Positions 7,662 to 15,770 of a DNA stretch of 23,524 nt are shown piece after piece (the stretch's first letter is position 1; every line of letters begins with the position of its first letter). The stretch covers positions 1-23,524 of the forward strand of contig JBKOZJ010000136.1 in NCBI GenBank assembly GCA_046725875.1, written 5' to 3'. The notes under the pieces were generated by a model. That model ran no database searches, had not been told where the DNA came from, and was given only the letters and a program-made list of their open reading frames with translations. The stretch is from Actinomycetota bacterium. GTDB taxonomy: Bacteria > Actinomycetota > Actinomycetes > JAKEEW01. A program made the position numbers and the translations under genes.

Positions 7662-8351
7662 GTGGTGTTAATACGTAGGAAGATCGCAACCATAGGTGGC
7701 GGTTTGCTGCTCGGCACACTGGCGGCGGCCCTAACAGCGGGTCCGGCCCACGCCGACGGCACCGTGGTGCCGGACAACCCGACCTGCTCCGACTTGATCC
7801 CGGGCTCGACCGAGCTGAAGGTCGAGCCGGTGGCCGATGGCACGTTCACCACGGACGGGTTCTCGGTAACTTTGGACGTCCGGATGCTAACCGCCGACGA
7901 CCCCCAGCATGCGGGCGACCAGACCGGTAGCCAGGTGGTCGACTTCACCGCCACCGGCGGCACCGTTATCGGTGTTGTGGTTAAGGGCGGACCGACAGCC
8001 AACTTCTACGACTACCGCCCGGCTGGGGTAACCAGCGGCACAGGCCTGCACGCGCCGGCTCTGGATCAGCAGAATAACCAGAAGTTCGCCGGGCTCAGCC
8101 ACATCTCGTTCTGCTTCGCGCCGCCAACGACGACCACGACGAGCGCGCCACCCACGACGACGAGCGCGCCACCCACGACGACGACTCCGCCGGCCCCGAC
8201 GTCACCACTGCCCACGACGCTGCCGAAGACAGGCACTGGGTTCCCGGTGGGCTCGGCCGCTCTGTTCGCGGTGTTCTTGCTCGCAGTGGGCGGCGGCGCG
8301 CTGCTCCTCTCCCGCGGTGGTATCCAGCTGCCGTACCGCCGCAAGCACTAA
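7662..8351 (+). CDS. LPXTG-anchored cell-surface protein 2 (paralogous ends, unrelated mature domain); GTG 7665 alternative start
   Basis: It has a signal peptide (VVLIRRKIATIGGGLLLGTLAAALTAGPAHADG) and a distinct mature domain with 2 Cys. A Thr/Pro-rich stalk (PPTTTTTSAPPTTTSAPPTTTTPPAPTSPLPTT) is followed by LPKTG, a hydrophobic segment and YRRKH. The upstream Met at 7536 is unlikely because the region encodes no signal peptide and aligns to the non-coding leader of gene 1. Confidence 0.85.
   Translation: MVLIRRKIATIGGGLLLGTLAAALTAGPAHADGTVVPDNPTCSDLIPGSTELKVEPVADGTFTTDGFSVTLDVRMLTADDPQHAGDQTGSQVVDFTATGGTVIGVVVKGGPTANFYDYRPAGVTSGTGLHAPALDQQNNQKFAGLSHISFCFAPPTTTTTSAPPTTTSAPPTTTTPPAPTSPLPTTLPKTGTGFPVGSAALFAVFLLAVGGGALLLSRGGIQLPYRRKH
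8136..8177 (+). repeat. 21-bp tandem repeat acgacgagcgcgccacccacg x2 (PTTTSAP units) in the stalk of LPXTG protein 2
   Basis: Two identical 21-nt units, followed by a diverged third unit. Confidence 0.8.
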
Positions 8352-8364
8352 CCGCGACCATTAG

Positions 8365-8394
8365 CTGAGCTGTGGGCTTGCCCACGGCTCAGCA
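8365..8394 (+). terminator. hairpin terminator after LPXTG gene 2
   Basis: gctgagctgtggg-cttg-cccacggctcagc forms a 13-bp stem (one G-U pair) with a 4-nt loop, 14 nt after the stop. There is no U-tract, which is common in high-GC actinobacteria. Confidence 0.6.
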
Positions 8395-8473
8395 GCACCA
8401 CTTCCCCACGTTGGCCGCCTGGCTCCGCGATAACGAGCCGGGCGGCCGAGGCGTGCTGTCTGGGCATATCAAA

Positions 8474-8547
8474 GTGCCGTTCACTCGATCCCGCGAGAGA
8501 TGAATGGCACTTTCACTCGGACCTATCGACTGAATGTGCCATTCATC
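8474..8547. repeat. three copies of the 10-mer GTGCC(A/G)TTCA (forward, reverse, forward) forming a 12-bp perfect inverted repeat, plus local palindromes, in a non-coding spacer upstream of ftsE
   Basis: gtgccgttca at 8474, tgaatggcac at 8501 and gtgccattca at 8536. gatgaatggcac (8499-8510) and gtgccattcatc (8536-8547) are exact reverse complements with a 25-nt spacer. tgaatgtgccattca is itself palindromic. Local GC is lower and there is no codon bias. Confidence 0.6.
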
Positions 8548-8813
8548 CAAAGAACGGGCGAAAGAGGCACGAAACGGCCCGAGCTGCCGCAAGCTACTTG
8601 TCGTGACGGTTCGCGGTCATACCGACACGCCAGGTCAAGCTGTCTTCCGCAACGGCTCGACACTCGTACACTCATCCCTTGGCCAAACCTAGCTGTGCCG
8701 ACGGAGACGTTTAGGCACACGCCGCCGAGCGGGCTCTGGCGGTCGAGGCAAATCGACCACGGAGGCCTGGACGCGGCACGACCCGCCCCCGACCGTGGCC
8801 ACGAGATGCAGTT

Positions 8814-9503
8814 GTGATCAGGTTCGAGAACGTCAGCAAGGTCTATCAGCAGCAGCAGCGGCCTGCACTGCGCGCAGTCGACCTCGAGATCGAGCGCGGC
8901 GAGTTCGTCTTCCTCATCGGTGCATCGGGGTCGGGGAAGTCAACCTTCCTCCGGCTGATCCTCAAGGAGGAGCGTCCGACGCACGGCACGATCCATGTGG
9001 CGGGCAAGGATCTCAACCGGCTGTCGAACTGGAAGGTCCCGCACTGGCGCCGCCAGATCGGCACCGTCTTCCAGGACTTCCGCCTGCTCCCGAACAAGAC
9101 GGTCTACCAAAACGTCGCGTTCGCCCTCCAGGTAATCGGTAAGCAGCGCAGCGTCATCCGCCGCGTCGTTCCCGAGGTCCTCGACCTGGTCGGCCTCGCC
9201 GGCAAGGAGGACCGGATGCCGCACGAGCTGTCCGGCGGCGAGCAGCAGCGGGTAGCCGTGGCCCGCGCCTTCGTCAACCGGCCAGTACTGCTCATCGCTG
9301 ATGAGCCAACCGGAAACCTCGACCCGGCGACCAGCGTCGGCATCATGAAGCTGCTCGACCGGATCAATCGAACCGGCACGACAGTGGTGATGGCGACGCA
9401 TGACTCGAGCATCGTCGACCAGATGCGCCGGCGGGTGGTCGAGCTCGAGTTCGGAGAGTTGGTACGGGATCAGGACCGCGGCGTCTACGGCTACCGGCAC
9501 TGA
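8814..9503 (+). CDS. ftsE: cell division ABC transporter ATP-binding protein FtsE
   Basis: Walker [13 protein letters not shown] signature [14 protein letters not shown] and Walker [13 protein letters not shown]. It is followed by ftsX. Confidence 0.93.
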   Translation: MIRFENVSKVYQQQQRPALRAVDLEIERGEFVFLIGASGSGKSTFLRLILKEERPTHGTIHVAGKDLNRLSNWKVPHWRRQIGTVFQDFRLLPNKTVYQNVAFALQVIGKQRSVIRRVVPEVLDLVGLAGKEDRMPHELSGGEQQRVAVARAFVNRPVLLIADEPTGNLDPATSVGIMKLLDRINRTGTTVVMATHDSSIVDQMRRRVVELEFGELVRDQDRGVYGYRH

Positions 9504-9551
9504 GTCTGTAGATCCAAGGAACGCAACGAGAGCTAGGGACAGTCAAGAGCC

Positions 9552-10475
9552 ATGCGACTCCGGTTCGTCTTTCAGGAAATAGGCATCGGCCTGCGCCGCA
9601 ACCTGACCATGACGCTCGCGGTCGTCATCAGCGTCGCCGTGTCGCTGAGCTTGTTCGGTGTTGCGCTGCTGGTGCGTTCGCAGGTCGACACGATGAAGGA
9701 CTACTGGTACGACAAGGTCGAGGTGTCGATCTTCCTCTGCAACCAGAAGTCGCAGAGCGTCGCCGGCTGCGCGGGCGGCGCGGCGACGAAGGAGCAGAGC
9801 GCGGCGATTCGCGCTGACCTGGAGAAGATGCAAGGACCAAGCGGACTGGTCAAGAAGATCTACTTCGAGGACAAGGCAACCGCTTACGAGCGCGTGAAGG
9901 AGCAGTTCAAGAACTCTCCGATCGCCGAGTTCGTCACGCCGGACCAGATGCAGGATTCCTACCGGGTCAAGCTGACCGATCCAACGAAGTATGAGGTTGT
10001 CGCCGAGCAATTCCAGGGCCGCCCCGGGGTCAACGCCGTGCAGGACCAGCGCCGCATCCTCGACCCGTTCTTCGCGATCCTGAAGGCCTTCCAGTACGGG
10101 GCTGCCGCCGTCGCGGTGGTCATGCTTTTCGTGGCCGTATTGCTCATTGGCAACACAATGCGGCTGGCTGCGTTCAGCCGCCGCCGGGAGACCGGAATCA
10201 TGCGACTTGTCGGCGCCTCGAACTTCTATATCCAGCTGCCGTTCCTCGCCGAGGGCGCGGTGGCGGGCTTCGTCGGCGCCGCGGTCGCCTCGGTCGCAGT
10301 CATCCTGCTAAAGGCGGTCGGCATCGATCACTTTGTCGCTCCCAATGTGCAGATCACTCAGAGTTGGGTCGGTTGGGACGCGGTGATCCAGACGCTAGTC
10401 ACGTTGTTCGCATTCGGCGTTGCCATGGCGGTCATCGCCTCCTTCATCACCTTGCGGAAATACCTGCGGGTCTAG
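9552..10475 (+). CDS. ftsX: cell division permease-like protein FtsX
   Basis: An N-terminal TM segment, a large extracellular loop and three C-terminal TM helices. It lies immediately downstream of ftsE. Confidence 0.9.
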   Translation: MRLRFVFQEIGIGLRRNLTMTLAVVISVAVSLSLFGVALLVRSQVDTMKDYWYDKVEVSIFLCNQKSQSVAGCAGGAATKEQSAAIRADLEKMQGPSGLVKKIYFEDKATAYERVKEQFKNSPIAEFVTPDQMQDSYRVKLTDPTKYEVVAEQFQGRPGVNAVQDQRRILDPFFAILKAFQYGAAAVAVVMLFVAVLLIGNTMRLAAFSRRRETGIMRLVGASNFYIQLPFLAEGAVAGFVGAAVASVAVILLKAVGIDHFVAPNVQITQSWVGWDAVIQTLVTLFAFGVAMAVIASFITLRKYLRV

Positions 10476-10665
10476 CGCCAGCAACATTTGATCACCTGGC
10501 TTCAAGGCTTCGGCGCCGCGCACGGCGCCGACACGTCTGGGTAGCCGGCACGGCCGGCTGCCGGTACTCTCGGCCGGATTCGGAGTTTCGGGATGCGCAA
10601 CTGTCGTTACCTGTGATACGCATGTGACAGCTGTTTCTGCGTCGCCTCTCCAGGGAGTTCAAACC

Positions 10666-11994
10666 ATGCGAGCAGGAGGCCTCCCACTCCGAACCGGAAA
10701 GGTAGCTGCCGCCCTAGTCGCTGCCGCTGTAGCCGCTGGGGCCTTAACGGCACCCGCGGCGGCCGACCCTCGTTCCGACAAGGAGCGGGCCGACCAACAG
10801 GTCAAACAGCTCGGCAAGCAGCTCGCCGGCTCCTCAGCTCGGTTGGAGCAAGCGGAGACCCGGTACGCGCTCATCCAGTCCAAGCTGCCCACCGCCAAAC
10901 AAGCGCTGGCCGTGGCGGAGGGCAAGCTTGCCGCCGCGCAGGCGCTCTCCGCCGAACTAAGCCGCAAGCTCGCGGTGGCCCAGGCTGCCGAGGATGCCGC
11001 CGAGCAGGCGCTCGCCGTGGCCAATAAGGCGGTCGCCGACCGCGCGGACCAGATGGGCGAGGTCGCCCGGTTGGCATACCAGCAGGGTCCGGCGCCGACC
11101 CTTGGCTTGGTCTTCTCCGCCGATTCGGTCACCGAATACGCCGACGGCCTGGCCTACCTCGACCAGCTCATGGCCACGCAGAACGACATCGTCGCGGCCC
11201 TGCGAGCCGAACGCGCTCAGGCTTCGGTTGCCGAGGCGAGGCTCGCCGAGCGCCGCGCCGAGGTGGCCGCGCAGCGCAAAGCCGCCGAGGAGCAGGTGGC
11301 CCGGACCGAACGGGCGGAGCAGTCCGCGCGGGCCGCGAAGGATCGCGTCGAGGAACTGCTCGCCGAGCGGGCCGCCGCGGTCAAGGCCGCCCAGGCGGAG
11401 CGCGACGAGGACCTGAAGCAGTACCGCGAGATGCGGGCCGAGGCGAAACGGCTCGAGGAGCTGGTCGCCGCGCAGATCCGCCGGGAACGGGCCGCGGCGA
11501 GGGCCGCCGCGGCGAGGGCCGCCGCGGATGAGCCGGCCGCCGCGGATGAGCCGGCCGCCGGGGAGAGGAGCAACGGAAGCTCGGGCGCGTCGGCCGACAC
11601 CGGTGCGTTGACCTGGCCGGTGCACGGCCCGATCACCTCGCCGTTCGGCATGCGCTACCACCCGATCCTGCACTACTGGAAGATGCACACCGGCATCGAC
11701 ATCGGGGTCCCGCTGGGCACGCCCGTTCACGCCTCCGCCAGCGGGGAGGTCATCGAGTCCTACTACAACGCCGCCTACGGCAACCGCATCGTGGTGTCGC
11801 ATGGTTACGTCGACGGGCATCACCTCGTCACGACCTACAACCACCTATCCAGCCGGCTGGCATATGTCGGCGAGCAGGTGGCCCGCGGCGAGACCATCGG
11901 GCTGGTCGGGAGTACGGGCTATTCAACCGGGCCGCACCTGCACTTCGAGGTGATGGTGGACGGTAGCTATCGCGACCCAATGGGCTGGCTCTAG
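10666..11994 (+). CDS. EnvC/PcsB-like coiled-coil M23 (LytM) metallopeptidase with signal peptide
   Basis: It has a signal peptide (LPLRTGKVAAALVAAAVAAGALTAPAAADP) and a long coiled coil. The C-terminal M23 domain carries HTGIDIG...D and HLHFE motifs. GGGAG lies 10 nt upstream of the ATG at 10666. Its position after ftsEX fits an FtsEX-regulated hydrolase. Confidence 0.85.
   Translation: MRAGGLPLRTGKVAAALVAAAVAAGALTAPAAADPRSDKERADQQVKQLGKQLAGSSARLEQAETRYALIQSKLPTAKQALAVAEGKLAAAQALSAELSRKLAVAQAAEDAAEQALAVANKAVADRADQMGEVARLAYQQGPAPTLGLVFSADSVTEYADGLAYLDQLMATQNDIVAALRAERAQASVAEARLAERRAEVAAQRKAAEEQVARTERAEQSARAAKDRVEELLAERAAAVKAAQAERDEDLKQYREMRAEAKRLEELVAAQIRRERAAARAAAARAAADEPAAADEPAAGERSNGSSGASADTGALTWPVHGPITSPFGMRYHPILHYWKMHTGIDIGVPLGTPVHASASGEVIESYYNAAYGNRIVVSHGYVDGHHLVTTYNHLSSRLAYVGEQVARGETIGLVGSTGYSTGPHLHFEVMVDGSYRDPMGWL
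11491..11556 (+). repeat. in-frame tandem repeats (15-bp x2 then 18-bp x2) encoding AARAA/AADEPA linker between coiled coil and M23 domain
   Basis: gccgcggcgagggcc x2 at 11491-11520 and gccgcggatgagccggcc x2 at 11521-11556. Confidence 0.8.
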
Positions 11995-12075
11995 GAGGCG
12001 GCCGCCGACCGGCAGGCCACCGTCCCGCCGACCAGTTGGTCGCACCGGCTTGCGGGCTCGTACTATCGAGGGCCG

Positions 12076-12543
12076 ATGGTGCGCGAGCGTGGGCGCAAGA
12101 TGATCGCCCAGAACCGGAAGGCCCGACACGACTACCACATCGAGGACGTGTACGAGGCCGGCCTCGTGCTGACCGGGACCGAGGTCAAGTCCCTGCGGGC
12201 CGGGCGAGCCTCGCTCGTCGACGGGTATGCCGTGATCAAGGATGACGAAGCTTGGCTGATGGGCGTACATATCCCCGAGTACACCGAGGGCACCTGGACC
12301 AACCACGAGCCTCGCCGTCCGCGCAAGCTCCTCCTACATAAGCTGGAGATTCAGCGGCTGATCGGCAAGACGAAGGAGAGCGGGCTCACCCTGATACCCC
12401 TCGCGCTCTACTTCCGGGATGGTAAGGCCAAGGTCGAGATCGGCTTGGCGCGTGGCAAACGCCAGTACGACAAGCGGCAGGCACTCGCGGAGCGCCAGGC
12501 CTCGCGGGAGATGGCTCGCGCCTTGCGCCATGCAGACCGCTGA
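12076..12543 (+). CDS. smpB: SsrA-binding protein SmpB
   Basis: [41 protein letters not shown] matches the SmpB N-terminal consensus, and the C-terminal basic tail is present. Confidence 0.93.
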   Translation: MVRERGRKMIAQNRKARHDYHIEDVYEAGLVLTGTEVKSLRAGRASLVDGYAVIKDDEAWLMGVHIPEYTEGTWTNHEPRRPRKLLLHKLEIQRLIGKTKESGLTLIPLALYFRDGKAKVEIGLARGKRQYDKRQALAERQASREMARALRHADR

Positions 12544-12546
12544 CGC

Positions 12547-14619
12547 TCAGCTCGATCGAGACGGCACGCGGCGCCGGACGTTCGGCGTCTGCGGCGGACC
12601 CGGCTTGACCTCTGCAATCCATGGCAGGTCGCTTGGAGCTCGATCGGGAACGCCCTCCTCCTGCCAGGCATAGCGGCCGTCCAGAACCTCACGAGCAAAC
12701 CGATAGTCGCCTCGATCCGTGTTGTGCCAGAGGTCGTGGAAGAGCCGGTCGACCCGATGCCGGGCCTGCTGGCAGAAGACGTCGGCCAGCTCGTACGCCG
12801 TCGCGCCACGCTCTGGGTCGTCGATGCGCTCCATCTGCGCGCGTACGCAGGTCGCTGCCATCGCGAAGAGCTCGGCACCGATGTCGACGACTCGGGCGAG
12901 GAAGGCCTGCTTGCGTTCCAGGCTGCCCTGCCAACGGGCCATGGCGTAGAAGGTCGAGCGGGCGAGCTTGCGGCTGGCCCGCTCGATGTAACGCATGTGC
13001 TTCGCGAGGCGCCCGAACTCGCCATACGACTTGGGCAACTGCCCACGCCCGAGGGTGAGCCGCGGCAGCCAGCCGGCATAGAAAACCCCGGCCCGGCCGG
13101 CCGCGCGCGCCTTCCGACCGAAGCCCGCCTCTGGGTCGATGATGTCGCCCGCCACTGCCAGGTGCGTGTCCACCGCCTCGCGGGCTACAAACAGGTGCAT
13201 GATCTCTGTGGAACCCTCGAAGATCCGGTTGATCCGCAGGTCACGCAGGAGTTGCTCGACCGGCACCGGCCGCTCGCCGCGGGCCCTCAGCGATTCGGCG
13301 GTCTCGTAGCCGCGCCCGCCCCGGATCTGCAGTAGCTCGTCCGCGATCGCGTTGGCCATCTCCGAGGCGTAGAGCTTGGCCAGGGCCGCCTCGATCCGAA
13401 TGTCGGCGGAACCGTCGTCCGCTAGCTGCGAGGACAGGTCGAGCACCGCCTCGAGCGCGTACGAGGTCGCGGCCATGAACGCGATCTTCTTCGCGATTGC
13501 CTCATGCTTGCCGACCGGTCGCCCCCACTGAACCCGGGCGTTCGCCCAGCCGCGAGCGACCCGTACACACCACTTGGCCGCGCCCGCGCACACGGCGGGC
13601 AGCGAGAGGCGCCCAGCATTGAGAGTCGTGAGCGCGATCTTCAGGCCGAGACCTTCCCGGGCGATGACATTCTCTGCGGGGACGTACACGTCATGGAGTC
13701 GGGTCACGGAGTTCTCCAGCCCACGCAGCCCCATAAAGGAGTTGCGGCGCTCGACCGTCACGCCTGGCCAGTCGGCCTCGACCACAAAAGCGGTGATTCC
13801 GCCAGGATGACCCTCGGACTTCGGCACTCGCGCCATAACCACGACGATGTCGGCGATCGAGCCATTGGTCGCCCACAGCTTTACGCCGTTCAGGACATAC
13901 CCGGACCCGTTCTCGGTGGGGACCGCAGATGCCGCGAGACGCGCTGGGTCGCTGCCGACGTCCGGCTCGGTGAGCAGGAAGGCGCTGATCTCGCCGGCCG
14001 CGAGGCGAGGAAGATACCTCCTCTTCTGCTCCTCGCTGCCGAACAGCTTTAGTGGTTCCGGGACGCCGATCGACTGGTGGGCAGAGACGAGCGCCGTCAG
14101 CGACGGATGGCCCGACCCGAGGATCACCAGTGCCTTGTTGTAGTAGACCTGGCTGAGCCCGAGGCCGCTGTACTCCTCGGGGATCTTGATACCAAATACG
14201 CCGAGCTCACGCAGCCCCTGGATGGTCTCGTCCGGAATGCGGTCCTCGCGTTCGATCCGCGGGCCGTCCACCTCCTTACTGATGAAGTCTGCAAGTTTGG
14301 CGAGGTAAGCGTCTCCTTTCTCGACCGTCGCCCGGCGCGGGCGCGGGTGCGGGTGGATGAGGTCCAGCCGGAACTGGCCGAGAAAGAGCTCCTTGGCGAA
14401 ACTTGGCTTTGTCCACTCGGTCTCGCGAGCGGCCTCGGCGACCTTCCGAGCGTCTCGCTCTGAGACATGGCCTGGCGAGATGCCGGCAGCCGTAACGTCC
14501 TGCCGCGGGATCACCTCGTCGTTCGGACCGGGCTTTGCCTGCGGCTGGCTTCCTGCGGCGTCGCGGTCGGTTACGGCAGTCACAAGCTGCCCCTTCGACG
14601 AGTTGGTTCGGTTACTCAC
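12547..14619 (-). CDS. acyl-CoA dehydrogenase family protein (large FadE-type with C-terminal extension)
   Basis: ACAD N-terminal, middle and C-terminal domain motifs (LTEPDVGSD, GVKLWATNG, IRGGRGYETAESL, IFEGSTEIM). GTG start at 14617-14619, though the exact start is uncertain. The gene is convergent with smpB. Confidence 0.85.
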   Translation of the reverse strand: MSNRTNSSKGQLVTAVTDRDAAGSQPQAKPGPNDEVIPRQDVTAAGISPGHVSERDARKVAEAARETEWTKPSFAKELFLGQFRLDLIHPHPRPRRATVEKGDAYLAKLADFISKEVDGPRIEREDRIPDETIQGLRELGVFGIKIPEEYSGLGLSQVYYNKALVILGSGHPSLTALVSAHQSIGVPEPLKLFGSEEQKRRYLPRLAAGEISAFLLTEPDVGSDPARLAASAVPTENGSGYVLNGVKLWATNGSIADIVVVMARVPKSEGHPGGITAFVVEADWPGVTVERRNSFMGLRGLENSVTRLHDVYVPAENVIAREGLGLKIALTTLNAGRLSLPAVCAGAAKWCVRVARGWANARVQWGRPVGKHEAIAKKIAFMAATSYALEAVLDLSSQLADDGSADIRIEAALAKLYASEMANAIADELLQIRGGRGYETAESLRARGERPVPVEQLLRDLRINRIFEGSTEIMHLFVAREAVDTHLAVAGDIIDPEAGFGRKARAAGRAGVFYAGWLPRLTLGRGQLPKSYGEFGRLAKHMRYIERASRKLARSTFYAMARWQGSLERKQAFLARVVDIGAELFAMAATCVRAQMERIDDPERGATAYELADVFCQQARHRVDRLFHDLWHNTDRGDYRFAREVLDGRYAWQEEGVPDRAPSDLPWIAEVKPGPPQTPNVRRRVPSRSS

Positions 14620-14777
14620 CAGTGTTACCCGCGGGTAGCCTGCCGGCCAAGGATTTGGCTCGAGTGTTCACCCCGCGGGAATCAAGGGGTGCGGCCAGAG
14701 CGTTGCGACGGATACAGTTGGGAATCTGGCCGGTGGTAGTCGCTGCCGGCGTCAACGGGATCTTGATAACTCGACAT

Positions 14778-15152
14778 GGGGGTGAACGGTTTCGACTTTG
14801 GCCTTCGCGTCAAGAGAAGCGGGCCGAGGATGGCAGGGACGATCTCGTTAACCATGCCCTGCGAGAAACAAGCGCCAATGCTAAGCGCGCTGACTTCGCC
14901 CTTGCTGCCTAAGTGAGGGGCTAGCGAAGTCTGTCAGCCCGGGAGTGCTCCCGGCCCGGGATCTGGCATCGTGAGGGAGCTCAACTGGTCGGCTCGGCCG
15001 CGGGGACGACCAGGACGCCAAACAGCGGCTGGGCCTGTCGGCGGCTTGCCTGCGTGACCGCCGGGGTCGAGCAATACTGCAAGCAGGCTGCGCCCGGAGA
15101 AGTCTTGGCTCGGTGCCGAAGGACGCGGGTTCGATTCCCGCCACCTCCACCA
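14778..15152 (+). ncRNA. ssrA: tmRNA (transfer-messenger RNA)
   Basis: 5' GGGGGUG pairs with 3' CACCUCC-ACCA, including a G3-U wobble (the Ala identity element). The 3' end is a tRNA-like T-arm, GGACGCGGGTTCGATTCCCGCCACCTCCACCA. The internal tag ORF gcc aat gct aag cgc gct gac ttc gcc ctt gct gcc taa encodes ANAKRADFALAA. Its position downstream of smpB supports the call. Confidence 0.92.
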
Positions 15153-15157
15153 TGTGA

Positions 15158-15198
15158 GGCGAGGTTGTCCGCAAAGTCCGCGGACAACCTCGCCTTTG
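15158..15198 (+). terminator. rho-independent terminator of ssrA
   Basis: ggcgaggttgtccgc-aaagtcc-gcggacaacctcgcc forms a perfect 15-bp stem followed by ttt, immediately after the tmRNA CCA end. Confidence 0.85.
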
Positions 15199-15719
15199 TC
15201 ATTCCGCTGTCATTCCGCGGTTCGGGCGATGCTCCTGAATGATGAGCTCCGTTGGCGATGCCCAGGACATTCTGGGGGGACCGGGCGCACCGCATCCTCT
15301 AAGCAAACCAGGCGCACATCTGGGTCGAGTCCCGGTCGGGCTGTCGGTGCAGCCTCGCCACAGCCGTGATCAAGTCGTAGTGCTGCTCTATTCGTAGCAA
15401 GGGTTCGTCGAGCGGCGGGAACCCGCCACTAGCTGGGATCGCTCCCCGCCATCACCGTGCCGGCCTGGAGTAGACCATATGCGATGAAATAGGGGCTTAT
15501 CTGTCCCCAAAGAGAGCCCGAGCCACCTCGGTAGCTACGACTCGTACGCGGACGACAGCGAACAGTCCTCGAATACAAGGCGACGGAATTCGATGTCATA
15601 TAGGCGACATGATCGCTACACCTTTTCGCAATCCGGCGTGCGACTTAGTATCGAGTTTCGGCGCCTCGGTCTTACCGCGAACCGAGGAGCGGAGGGCGGC
15701 GTTCGGGGGTTCCGTCCGG

Positions 15720-15746
15720 GTGTCCGACCCAACTTGGGTAGGACAC
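15720..15746. promoter_or_regulatory. 27-bp near-perfect palindrome gtgtccgacccaa-c-ttgggtaggacac, 25-50 bp upstream of the sugar-transferase start
   Basis: The arms are reverse complements with one mismatch, and nested palindromes (gtgtcc/ggacac and acccaa/ttgggt) are present. It sits in the promoter region with GGGAG 6 nt before the ATG at 15771. Confidence 0.5.
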
Positions 15747-15770
15747 GCCTCGTGGCGGATCGGGAGTGCG

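Noticed and set aside
8500-8817. 105-aa ORF (and the opposite-strand 65-aa ORF 8523-8720), both beginning MNGTF
   Set aside because: Their identical N-termini arise from the inverted repeat gatgaatggcac/gtgccattcatc. The region has low GC, no codon bias and no ribosome-binding sites.
15153-15770. Genomic island integrated at the tmRNA 3' end
   Set aside because: No duplicated copy of the ssrA 3' end (TTCGATTCCCGCCACCTCCACCA or a fragment) is visible downstream within the window. Only a short tandem gtcattccgc x2 lies right after the terminator.
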